Shown here: piece by piece, positions 29,388 through 38,810 of the stretch
Layout: every line of letters starts with the position of its first letter
How positions within the stretch are numbered: the stretch's first letter is position 1
IMG/VR virus record: IMGVR_UViG_3300047476_000521
Span: 32,001-96,000 of that record
Reading direction: 5' to 3' (one strand)
From: a virus
Length of the DNA: 64,000 nucleotides
The notes under the pieces: model-generated
Database searches by the model: none
What the model saw: only the letters and a program-made list of their open reading frames with translations
Told to the model about the DNA's origin: nothing
Translations under genes and position numbers: made by a program

Positions 29388-32300
29388 ATGGCTAATACGG
29401 TTTTTAAACTTCGCCGCTCTTCTGTAGCAGGCAAAGTTCCAAATACATCCACGCTTTCTATTGGTGAATTAGCCATAAATTTGACTGATAAGATTCTTTA
29501 TTCGTCAGATGGATCTAATGTATTTGAAATAGGTTCGAACCTTTCAAATATAAGCGTTTCTTCTAATGCCTCTATCAACAATTTAATAGTTGATTCTGTT
29601 TATGCCAATGGTTCATTAGGCGTAAGCGGTCAAGTTCTTTCCTCTAATGGTTCACAAGTTTTCTGGGCGACAGCAGGAACAGGAACAGTAAATGAAATAA
29701 ACACGGCAAATGGCCTAGTAGGCGGACCAATCACCACAAACGGAACAATATATGTTCTTGCTAATAACGGTATTGTTTCTAATACATCAGGTTTGTTTGT
29801 AAATGCTTCGTATATTGCTACATTAAATGCAAATAACGCAACAACTGTTGGTGGTAATACTTCTTCAGATTTAAGATCTTATTCTGAATCAACAGCATCT
29901 AATGCTTATTCTAATGCTGTATCGTATGTTGATGGTAAAATTGCTACTGCTAATGCAGCTATTACTAGTAATGCAGCTACTGCTTATTCTAATGCTGTAT
30001 CGTATGTTGATGGTAAAATTGCTACTGCTAATGCAGCTATTACTAGTAATGCAGCTACTGCTTATTCTAATGCTATAGCTTTTGCTTCAAACGCCTCTAA
30101 TATTAATACAGGAACTTTAGCAGAAGCCAGACTTCCATATCGTATGGATCAAAACGTTCGTACTAACGATACAGTTACGTTCGGTAATATTACAGTTTCT
30201 GGTAATCTAACAGTTAATGGCACTACTATTACCTTACAAGGTAATACTGTTAGCTTTACTGATAATATGTTATATTTGAATCAAGGAATATCAGCGAATA
30301 TCACTAATATCTCCGGTAATGGAACTTATGTAACATTTACTGCTAACAATAATTATTCTACTGGTTGGGACGTAACAATAACTGGGGTTAACCCTTCTTC
30401 GTATAATGGTAATTATAATAACATTTTCTTGGCTAATGCAACGCATTTCGTAGTAGCTAACACTAATACTGCTTCTTATGTTTCTGGCGGTGTTGCTAGA
30501 GGCAAAACAGATTCGAATCCAGATTTAGGTTTTGCTGCTGGTTATAATGATGGAACATATCAGCACGCCGGATTCTTTAGAGATGCATCTGATGGTATCT
30601 GGAAAGTTTTTGATGGGTATTTACCAGAACCAGATCAAAGCGTATTCATCGATACTACAAATACAAGTTTTAAGGTAGCAAATTTCCAGGCAAATACATA
30701 CTTTGCTGGTAATACAAGCACTAACTGGTTTGTTGCTAATGGTTCAGGAGCGTATCATACAGGAACAGTTAACGCTGCTAGTCATACAGTAGGAACTTCA
30801 TTTACTGCTAATTCCACTATGACTAATACTGTTTCTTTGGTAGTTTCTACTAATACAGCTACTATCGGAACTGGAACATATTTTGTTGCCAATGGTAATG
30901 TTGGTATTGGAACTTCAACACCAGGGTATAAGTTAGAGGTAAACGGCGAAACAAGAATATTGAACAATCGTTTCGCAAGCGGTTCAATTGAGGTCAATGG
31001 ATTAGGGACCGGAAATCGTTACGCTCTTATTGATTTTATAGGTGACGATACTTACACCGATTATGGTTTAAGAATCATTAGAGACAATGTTGGAGCAAAT
31101 AGCGGTTCTGAAATTAGCCATCGTGGTACAGGGCAGTTAGGATTAAAGACAATAGAAGCTGCTCCCATAACATTTTATACAAATAACGCCGAACGTATGC
31201 GAATCGCATCTGATGGAACTATATCTGTTGGAACTACAACAACAGGTTCAGTTTCTATGTTGTTTGGCGGTAATGCTCCTGCTGTCGCTGCGGCTAGAAC
31301 TTTACAAGCGGCGCAATTAATTTCGTCATCAACGACGACAAATTTTATTAATATTGCTTCTTATCCTTCTGTTGCAAACGCAGTATTTACTCTACCTAAT
31401 TTGTATCATTTTCTTGCAGGACAAGCAACATACGGTGCGTCTGCAACTATAACAAGTCAGTCTGGGTTTTATGTTGCATCATCTCTTACTGGAGCAACTA
31501 ATAACTACGGATTTCGTAGTGATATTCCTAGTGGAACTGGTCGTTGGAATGTTTACTCTGGCGGCACTGCTGATAACTTTTTTGCAGGTAATGTTGGTAT
31601 AGGAACTAATTCACCAAGCAATTTATTAGATGTTGCCGGTATGATTCGTATGAATTCGGCCACACAATTTAACGGTCTTACGATGCAGAATGGTACTTAT
31701 GAGTTTGCTAAACTCTATGGTCAGTCTGCTACAAACGACAATGGTGTTTTATCTTTAAACTTAGCGGGAACACCAAATGTTATACTAAGAGCTTCAGGAA
31801 TAAATTACATTAATGGTGGTAATGTTGGTATTGGCGTTAGCTCTCCATCTCAAAAACTTGATGTAGCTGGAATAATTACCAATCGTGGCGCTGCTTCTGT
31901 TGGTTGGGTTAATATATCCCAAGGAGATACTAGAACTGGTTTTACTGATTATATGTATGCAAATTCACAAAGCGTTGGATTTGTTGGATATGGCGACAGT
32001 ACTACCATGCTGGCTTGGGCCAGAGATGGGAAAAATTTATCTTTAGGCGCTAATAGCACTACAGTTATGTTGTTAAGCTCCAATGGTAACGTTGGTGTTG
32101 CTAATGGAATTCCTTCGCATAAATTATCAGTTAGCGGTACTGGTTATTTTGCTGACACAGTTTCAACTGCAGGTTCTTTTAGCGTAGGAACCACAGACTT
32201 TACTACAGATTTAGCATATAATACTAAGTTAGTAGTGTCAGGAACAGGACCAGTTTTATATCTAAGAGAAACTGATGGCGACGATTGGGCTCTGAGCGCT

Positions 32301-33098
32301 CTTTCTAATAATTTTACAATCAGATCAGTTCCAGATGTTGCAAATTCTTCTACTTGGACTGCTCCGTTTTTTGTTGGTACAGGAGCTCCGACTAATTCAT
32401 TATATGTTGCTGCTAACGGTAATGTTGGATGTGGAACTGCCTCTCCATCAACAAAACTTCATCTTTCTGGAACAGACGCTACTCTTAGAATAGATGGAAC
32501 TGGTAGTTCTGTTTCTTCTATTCAATTAAATCCCACTGCTACTGCTGGTTATCTGGGAACAATTAGTAATTATCCTCTTATTTTTGTTACTGCTTCAGGC
32601 GGTACTGAAAAAATGCGAATCGATACTGGCGGTAACGTCGCTATCGGTACTACAACAACAAATTCTAGACTAGTAGTTTCAGCAGCTGATGGCGTTCCTG
32701 CTTATTTTGCAGGAGCTACGAAGGCTGTAAGAATTGTAACAGGTACAGGAGGTTGTTCTGTTGAAGGAGTAGATAATACAGGCTACGCTTCTTATCAACC
32801 TTTAACAGTTGGTGGTTCCACTTTAACTTTCCATACTGGAGGAACTGGAAGATTATCAATCGATGCTTCTGGTAACGTTCTTCCAGGAGCAGACAATACC
32901 TATAATTTAGGTTCGCTTACTATGAGATGGGCAAACATCTATACAGGCGACTTACATCTTTCTAACGAAAACTCAAAAGGTAATGACGTTGATAAGACTA
33001 CTGGTAACTGGACAATCCAAGAAGGCGAAAACGATCTCTACATTATAAATAACAAAAACGGAAAAAGATTCAAATTTAAACTGGAAGAGATTCAATGA
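29388..33098 (+). CDS. Long tail fibre protein (1236 aa)
   Basis: FKLRRS...GKVP....L..GELAIN..D N-terminus; many GNVGIG..P repeats; C-terminal RWANIYTGDLHLSNE...GNWTIQEGE.DL..IN..GK..KF.L. Confidence 0.85.
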   Translation: MANTVFKLRRSSVAGKVPNTSTLSIGELAINLTDKILYSSDGSNVFEIGSNLSNISVSSNASINNLIVDSVYANGSLGVSGQVLSSNGSQVFWATAGTGTVNEINTANGLVGGPITTNGTIYVLANNGIVSNTSGLFVNASYIATLNANNATTVGGNTSSDLRSYSESTASNAYSNAVSYVDGKIATANAAITSNAATAYSNAVSYVDGKIATANAAITSNAATAYSNAIAFASNASNINTGTLAEARLPYRMDQNVRTNDTVTFGNITVSGNLTVNGTTITLQGNTVSFTDNMLYLNQGISANITNISGNGTYVTFTANNNYSTGWDVTITGVNPSSYNGNYNNIFLANATHFVVANTNTASYVSGGVARGKTDSNPDLGFAAGYNDGTYQHAGFFRDASDGIWKVFDGYLPEPDQSVFIDTTNTSFKVANFQANTYFAGNTSTNWFVANGSGAYHTGTVNAASHTVGTSFTANSTMTNTVSLVVSTNTATIGTGTYFVANGNVGIGTSTPGYKLEVNGETRILNNRFASGSIEVNGLGTGNRYALIDFIGDDTYTDYGLRIIRDNVGANSGSEISHRGTGQLGLKTIEAAPITFYTNNAERMRIASDGTISVGTTTTGSVSMLFGGNAPAVAAARTLQAAQLISSSTTTNFINIASYPSVANAVFTLPNLYHFLAGQATYGASATITSQSGFYVASSLTGATNNYGFRSDIPSGTGRWNVYSGGTADNFFAGNVGIGTNSPSNLLDVAGMIRMNSATQFNGLTMQNGTYEFAKLYGQSATNDNGVLSLNLAGTPNVILRASGINYINGGNVGIGVSSPSQKLDVAGIITNRGAASVGWVNISQGDTRTGFTDYMYANSQSVGFVGYGDSTTMLAWARDGKNLSLGANSTTVMLLSSNGNVGVANGIPSHKLSVSGTGYFADTVSTAGSFSVGTTDFTTDLAYNTKLVVSGTGPVLYLRETDGDDWALSALSNNFTIRSVPDVANSSTWTAPFFVGTGAPTNSLYVAANGNVGCGTASPSTKLHLSGTDATLRIDGTGSSVSSIQLNPTATAGYLGTISNYPLIFVTASGGTEKMRIDTGGNVAIGTTTTNSRLVVSAADGVPAYFAGATKAVRIVTGTGGCSVEGVDNTGYASYQPLTVGGSTLTFHTGGTGRLSIDASGNVLPGADNTYNLGSLTMRWANIYTGDLHLSNENSKGNDVDKTTGNWTIQEGENDLYIINNKNGKRFKFKLEEIQ
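29903..30074 (+). repeat. Exact 78-bp tandem repeat (2 copies plus 16 bp)
   Basis: Identical units start at 29903 and 29981, with a partial at 30059; encodes AYSNAVSYVDGKIATANAAITSNAAT. Confidence 0.95.
33044..33051 (+). promoter_or_regulatory. Late promoter embedded in the 3' end of the 1236-aa fibre gene
   Basis: Exact TATAAATA 43 nt upstream of the 33095 ATG. Confidence 0.7.
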
Positions 33099-36000
33099 CC
33101 TTATTTGTTGGTAATTCCACAGTAAACACTTCTATAAATGCAAATACTGCTAGTATTTTTGCTAATAGTACTGCGACTGCTTTATTTGTTGCCGCTAATG
33201 GAACTGTCGGAGTCGGAACGTCTTCTACTGGTTCGGCTAGATTAAATGTAAACGGCAAAGTATCTGCTTCGCAACTGGGAACAGAAAGCGGTAATCTTTT
33301 AATAGATACTGCAGGTAATGCGGGTACAATTACTCTTGGTTCAAGTTTCTTAGTAATACCTTCTAATGGTAATATTGGTATTGCAACTACCTCACCTCGT
33401 AACAAACTATCAATAGGAACTATTACTTCAACATCAACAGCAACTCCAGATGTAATTGATATAGGAGGCACATACAACAGCAGTGCTGGCAGCGCACCAA
33501 AACTTCGTGTGTGGACTGACGGCTCTAGTCATTATGGTATTGGTGTTTCTACTAATCAGATGGAATTTACTACGCAAGCAGGCGGAGCTCAAGTTTGGTA
33601 TACTGATGGTACCGAAAAAATGCGTTTGTCTTCTAATGGTAATGTGCGTATAGGTTCCGCTACAGCATCAGTAAGGTTTACTGTTGGAGATGGCGGGGAT
33701 AATCAATCAGGTCCAGGAACAGCGCAGATTGTTCTAAATGGTGCAGGAACAACTCCTTCAGTAACAGGTAAACCTACTTTATTCCATAAAGCAAATATTG
33801 GTTTAGGTTTACACTCAGATTCAGCAATGTCATTTACTGTTGCTGGTGCGGCTTACACTGAAGCAATGAGAATCGCTTCAAGTGGTAGTATTACTGGATA
33901 TGTCGATATTCGTTCTCCTATCTTTTATGACAGTAATAATACAAGTTTTTATGTTGATGCTGCATCCGCTTCTAGATTTAGTTCAATATATTCAGATCAA
34001 TATAGAATATTGAACAGCGGCGTTTTCATTTGGCAGCATGATAGCGCAGCAGCTAATAATAAGTTTTGGGATACATACTCAGGAAGCGATGGTACATTAA
34101 ACTTTAGAACAGTCAATGATACATATACAGCGGCGGTAAATTGGTTAACTGTAACACGCACTGGTAATTCTCCTCAAGTCATATCACTTGGCGGAACTTA
34201 TACGGCAGCGGCAGGTTCTGTAAGATCACCACTCTTCTACGATAGCGACAATACTGGTTACTATATTGACGGCGCAGGAACGTCCGTTTTGAATGCTGCT
34301 ACTTTTGCAGGTTTACATACAATTGATAGTCTTGGTATTATTGCTAGAACCGGTGGTGGTAACTATGGTGTTCGAATTTATCCCGGCGGTGGAACATCGG
34401 CTGTCAATGCCGTTCTACAATTCACAAATGCTGCACAAAATGTACAATGGGGAACACTCAACTTTGATGGTACCGCTGGCAGCGTAGGTACAGATACCGC
34501 TGTTCCTTTTTATATTAGGTCAAATGCGTCTAATAGAATCACCCTTCTTAGCGGCGGCAACGTTGGTGTAGGAACAATTTCACCCTCGACAAATTTTCAA
34601 GTTGTTGGTACTAGTTGGCTTGGTGGTTCAACAAATACCCAATCTACGATTGCAATTTATAGTCAAAACGCAACTTCTGCTAGTATAGAAGCGTTTGATC
34701 CAACAAATTCTGCCACAAAACGTGATATAGGTATTTCTGCTTTTGGTGGTAACGTTGGAATAGGAACTCAAAGCCCGACTCAAAAATTGACAGTTAGTGG
34801 TACAGGAAACGCTACTGGCGATTTCAGAGCGCCTATTTTCTATGACAGTGACAATACTGCTTACTATATGAATCCTAACGATTGGTCGAATTTTGGTGGT
34901 CTCTACGTTGATTGGGGCGTCATAACTTTCCAGTCCACCAAGCACAAGCGTATCACATCAAACGATGGTGGTGGTAACTGGAACTTCCGTGCAGGTAACT
35001 ACATGGATGGTTCGCTAAAGTATATCAACAACAGTGCAAATAGTGGTGCTGCTACTATCTCATTCTCTGTAGATAGCTCCGATGGATACATTAGTTTTCT
35101 CACTGCACCGATTGGTGTTGCTGGAGCAAACGTTTCGTATACCGGAACAGCATATCTAGATCGATATGGTACCTTTGGAACAAGTAACGATTTCAGAGCG
35201 CCTATCTTTTATGATAGTAATAATACTGCTTATTATTCTGATCCTAATGGTACATCAGTATTAACTAGAGTATCGCTATGGTCCGGAACAACTTCTGCAT
35301 TACATATCAACGACGTTGCAGGAGCAGCATCCTACAACAATATCATGTCAGCAGCAAACGATGGTGGCACTAAACTTGTTGCATTCGTTAACGGTTCTAC
35401 AAGAAATACTGATGGTGGTAATAATGCTGTTGTTATAAGAAACGATGGAGGACCATTTGTTCTTGGTTCTACTTCGCAGATAACAACTGTTGCAGGTTCG
35501 TATGTAGGTATTCCCACTGATCTTATCATATCTGGTGGTGTTGACGCCATTCAATTTAATAATGCTACAAGCAACTATATCACTTGGAATACTGCTGGCG
35601 TTGCTGCTCCAACTTTTACTACTCGTTCTGCTGGAACCAAGTTAGTATTATATCCATCTCTTGCCGCTTCTGCTGCTGATTATGCTATTGGTATTGAGAA
35701 TAACACTTTATGGAATTCTGTAATTAATACTGGAGCGCAGTTCAAATGGTATGGCGGAACTACGCTCGCCCTAACCCTTTCTGGTGCTGGTTTGTTGACT
35801 ATTGTTAATAGTCAAATAGCCAATCTAGGATCCACTTCGCTTAATAGTTTTGCAACAGCAGCAACAGCTACAGAAGGTCAGTTAATTGCTAATTTCACTG
35901 GTCAAAACTCTGCTTATCTATTCAATAACTCTACATTCTGGGGATTATATTCTGGTTCTGGCGGAGGCATTATTGCTTGGGATAGAGGTAATACTAGAGT

Positions 36001-37543
36001 CAACATAGCAAGCGGTGGTGGATTTGCGCAAATAAGCGGTTCTGCAAGAGCACCAATCTTCTACGATTCTGATGATACTATTAGTCGTTGGACTAGTAAT
36101 GATTTTGTTCTTAGAGGAACATCGCCAACAATTTTCTTACGAGATACAGATCATAATTCAGCAATGATTCATTGTAATTCTAATTTGTTATACGTTCTTA
36201 GAGGCGGCGTTGATACAGAAACTTGGGCGCAAGTTAATTCTCAATGGCCTCTCACCATAAATCTCACAAACAACGATGCTGTTTTTGGTGGTACTCTTTC
36301 TTCTGTTGGTGCTGCATATTCTCCTATTTACTATGATAGGGATAATACTGCATATTATGTTAATGGCAATGGAACTTCTCTACTAAGTTCATTGTCTCTT
36401 CAAGATGTCGGTGGTCTATGGGCAAGAGCTGGTTATTCTGATGGATATCATGATATTACATTCCGTGGTTATCCATCAACATTTGGCGCTTTTCCTGCGA
36501 CAACTATTGCTGATGTTATGGCATTTAGTGATTGGGGTGGTGATTTCAGGTTCTATCATAAGACAAGCACTGTCTTAACACATTTAGCACACATCACGAC
36601 AGATTATCTATGGCATTATTCTAATATAAGAACACCTATCTTCTATGATAGCAACGATACAAATTATTATTTGAACCCCAATGGTGGTAGTCAAGTAGCA
36701 GGGCATTTTAGAATTGGACCATACGCAGGTTCTGCAACTACTGGTAATGTTACTGGCTTAGAAATTATGAACGCTGGTGGTACTGGCGATTCAAATCTTG
36801 CTGCTATTTCTTTTCACTGTCAGGGCACATATGGTGCTCATATGCATCTTCGTGCTGATGGAGTGTTTGGTATTGGTGGATGGTCAGCTTCTTCATATCG
36901 TTGGTATGTCGATTTACCAAACTCTATTACATATATGACCAACCAATCACGTTCTAATATACATTACGATCTTGATGATACAAACTATTATGTAGACCCT
37001 AACAGCACCACAAGACTAAACAATCTAACTGTTGTCGGAACAGGCAGTAAGACTCTTATTGCAACTCTTACAGCATCAAATTCTGCAACCCTTTCCACAA
37101 CAGCACTAAGCGGATATAGATATTATGAAATTATTTTCACAAATATCGTTCCTGTAACAACATCAACGAATCTAAGATTACAGTTTTATAGTAATGGTTC
37201 GTATCAAGCAGCAAATTATCTAAACTATCTTGCTGTGTTCAACACAGGAGGTTCAACAGCAGGAGCGTCCACAACTTATGTTGATCTTTCAGCAGGTAAC
37301 AGAGTTTCTAATACAGCAAGTAATGGATTTACGGGTACAGTTTTATTGACAAACGCTAACCAAGCAACTGGTTTCAAACAATACATAGTCGATTCCGGAG
37401 GTTTAGATTCAAGCACTGCAGGATATTGTAGATGTTGGGGTACAGGTTCTTTGAATGTTACTACAACGATTACAGGTCTTCAGGTCTATATGTCATCTGG
37501 TAATATTTCAACTGGCGTTATTCAAATTTGGGGATGGAACTAA
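33095..37543 (+). CDS. Long distal tail fibre protein (1482 aa, modular)
   Basis: GNVGIG repeats, then eight R(S/A)PIFYD..(N/D)T.YY-like repeats separating different modules; C-terminal beta domain ending G.I.IWG. Confidence 0.85.
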   Translation: MTLFVGNSTVNTSINANTASIFANSTATALFVAANGTVGVGTSSTGSARLNVNGKVSASQLGTESGNLLIDTAGNAGTITLGSSFLVIPSNGNIGIATTSPRNKLSIGTITSTSTATPDVIDIGGTYNSSAGSAPKLRVWTDGSSHYGIGVSTNQMEFTTQAGGAQVWYTDGTEKMRLSSNGNVRIGSATASVRFTVGDGGDNQSGPGTAQIVLNGAGTTPSVTGKPTLFHKANIGLGLHSDSAMSFTVAGAAYTEAMRIASSGSITGYVDIRSPIFYDSNNTSFYVDAASASRFSSIYSDQYRILNSGVFIWQHDSAAANNKFWDTYSGSDGTLNFRTVNDTYTAAVNWLTVTRTGNSPQVISLGGTYTAAAGSVRSPLFYDSDNTGYYIDGAGTSVLNAATFAGLHTIDSLGIIARTGGGNYGVRIYPGGGTSAVNAVLQFTNAAQNVQWGTLNFDGTAGSVGTDTAVPFYIRSNASNRITLLSGGNVGVGTISPSTNFQVVGTSWLGGSTNTQSTIAIYSQNATSASIEAFDPTNSATKRDIGISAFGGNVGIGTQSPTQKLTVSGTGNATGDFRAPIFYDSDNTAYYMNPNDWSNFGGLYVDWGVITFQSTKHKRITSNDGGGNWNFRAGNYMDGSLKYINNSANSGAATISFSVDSSDGYISFLTAPIGVAGANVSYTGTAYLDRYGTFGTSNDFRAPIFYDSNNTAYYSDPNGTSVLTRVSLWSGTTSALHINDVAGAASYNNIMSAANDGGTKLVAFVNGSTRNTDGGNNAVVIRNDGGPFVLGSTSQITTVAGSYVGIPTDLIISGGVDAIQFNNATSNYITWNTAGVAAPTFTTRSAGTKLVLYPSLAASAADYAIGIENNTLWNSVINTGAQFKWYGGTTLALTLSGAGLLTIVNSQIANLGSTSLNSFATAATATEGQLIANFTGQNSAYLFNNSTFWGLYSGSGGGIIAWDRGNTRVNIASGGGFAQISGSARAPIFYDSDDTISRWTSNDFVLRGTSPTIFLRDTDHNSAMIHCNSNLLYVLRGGVDTETWAQVNSQWPLTINLTNNDAVFGGTLSSVGAAYSPIYYDRDNTAYYVNGNGTSLLSSLSLQDVGGLWARAGYSDGYHDITFRGYPSTFGAFPATTIADVMAFSDWGGDFRFYHKTSTVLTHLAHITTDYLWHYSNIRTPIFYDSNDTNYYLNPNGGSQVAGHFRIGPYAGSATTGNVTGLEIMNAGGTGDSNLAAISFHCQGTYGAHMHLRADGVFGIGGWSASSYRWYVDLPNSITYMTNQSRSNIHYDLDDTNYYVDPNSTTRLNNLTVVGTGSKTLIATLTASNSATLSTTALSGYRYYEIIFTNIVPVTTSTNLRLQFYSNGSYQAANYLNYLAVFNTGGSTAGASTTYVDLSAGNRVSNTASNGFTGTVLLTNANQATGFKQYIVDSGGLDSSTAGYCRCWGTGSLNVTTTITGLQVYMSSGNISTGVIQIWGWN

Positions 37544-37989
37544 TGACACTCAATTATAAATCTAGAAACGATACTGAAGCTGTAGTTCGTCTAACCGATG
37601 GAGCAATCATCGGTCCTGAAAACGAAACAGAATGGGAAGAATATCAAACTTGGTTATCTGAAGGTAATACACCAGAAGAACCAGAATCAGAGTTACTTCC
37701 TGTTCCCTCGACAATATCAGATCGTCAGTTTTTTCAACAGGCAGCTATACTTGGTGTTATTTCACAAGCAGAAGCATTGGCCGCTGTTCAGACTGGCACA
37801 ATTCCAACAGTTCTTCAAAGTATTGTTGATGGAATACAAAATTCGTCTGAAAAGTTTGCAGCAACAATGTTGTTAGCAGGAGCAACAGTATTTGAGAGAA
37901 ATCATCCATTCACTAATGCTGTTGGCAACGCTTTAGGTTGGTCAACTCAACAGATTGATCAGTTTTTCATTGACGCAGCAAAGTTATAA
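37543..37989 (+). CDS. Tail fibre assembly/accessory protein
   Basis: ATG overlaps the fibre stop (TAATG); EY..WL.EGN.PE and ISDRQF....F.R.HP....LG....ID.FF..AA.L motifs. Confidence 0.7.
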   Translation: MTLNYKSRNDTEAVVRLTDGAIIGPENETEWEEYQTWLSEGNTPEEPESELLPVPSTISDRQFFQQAAILGVISQAEALAAVQTGTIPTVLQSIVDGIQNSSEKFAATMLLAGATVFERNHPFTNAVGNALGWSTQQIDQFFIDAAKL

Positions 37990-37994
37990 TTCAA

Positions 37995-38002
37995 CCTAAA
38001 TA
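37995..38002 (+). promoter_or_regulatory. Late promoter variant (CCTAAATA)
   Basis: Intergenic TAAATA core about 30 nt upstream of 38033. Confidence 0.5.
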
Positions 38003-38032
38003 TAAAATATCGCATTAAAGGAGATAGAAATT

Positions 38033-38428
38033 ATGGCTATTACATACACTTGGGAAGTTACTGGTATGAAAACCACAACTTTCAACGATACTCCTGATAT
38101 AGTCGTTCAGACTTATTGGAAGAAAATTGGTACTGATGAAAATGGTAATGAAGGAACTTTTAGTGGAGCCACTCCATTTCCTCTCAATAACATGCCTGCC
38201 GGGACATCATTTATTCCTTTCGAAGATTTGACAGAGGCAGATGTTCTATCATGGATTCAAGCAGTTGTTGTTGGTAATTATGCAGATCACGTTAATGGTC
38301 AAATTCTAAAACAGATCAACGAAAAGAAAAATCCAATCGTTGAGCCACCATTACCATGGGCTCCTGTTACTAATACTGCTGTAAGTAATACAGCACCTGT
38401 AACTAATACATCAACAAGTAATACTTAA
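38033..38428 (+). CDS. Small fibre-associated protein, paralog 2 of 3
   Basis: MAITYTW.V, W...GTDE.G..G.F.GATP, FIPFEDLTE.DV..W, LPW, then an NT-repeat tail. Confidence 0.78.
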   Translation: MAITYTWEVTGMKTTTFNDTPDIVVQTYWKKIGTDENGNEGTFSGATPFPLNNMPAGTSFIPFEDLTEADVLSWIQAVVVGNYADHVNGQILKQINEKKNPIVEPPLPWAPVTNTAVSNTAPVTNTSTSNT

Positions 38429-38429
38429 A

Positions 38430-38783
38430 ATGACTATCAAATATGACTGGTCTATTGTTTCTCTGAAATACAAGAAAAACGATAAAGACGAAGATATAAT
38501 TACTGAAGTTATATGGAGAAAACGAGGCGTCGACGAAGAGGGCCATGAAGGCTCTTTCGAAGGTTTGTTAGATCCAAAAACTGTTACATACCCAGATAAT
38601 TATAAGTTTCTGCCTTATAATAAGTTAAAAGAAGCAGATGTTATTAAATGGGTAAAGATGTTTGTTTCTGAATCTTTAGACGATCATGTTAATAACATTA
38701 TCGCCAAACAAATAGAAGAAAAGAAACTAATTGTAGTAGAAGATACATTTCCTTGGTCAAAGGGAAATAAAAAGAATAAATAA
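38430..38783 (+). CDS. Small fibre-associated protein, paralog 3 of 3
   Basis: MTIKYDW.I, W...G.DE.G.EG.F.G, FLPY..L.E.DV..WV, FPW. Confidence 0.75.
   Translation: MTIKYDWSIVSLKYKKNDKDEDIITEVIWRKRGVDEEGHEGSFEGLLDPKTVTYPDNYKFLPYNKLKEADVIKWVKMFVSESLDDHVNNIIAKQIEEKKLIVVEDTFPWSKGNKKNK
38775..38782 (+). promoter_or_regulatory. Late promoter variant (AATAAATA)
   Basis: 28 nt upstream of the 38811 fibre ATG. Confidence 0.55.
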
Positions 38784-38810
38784 TAAAAATACCATAGGGG
38801 ATAGGGAACC

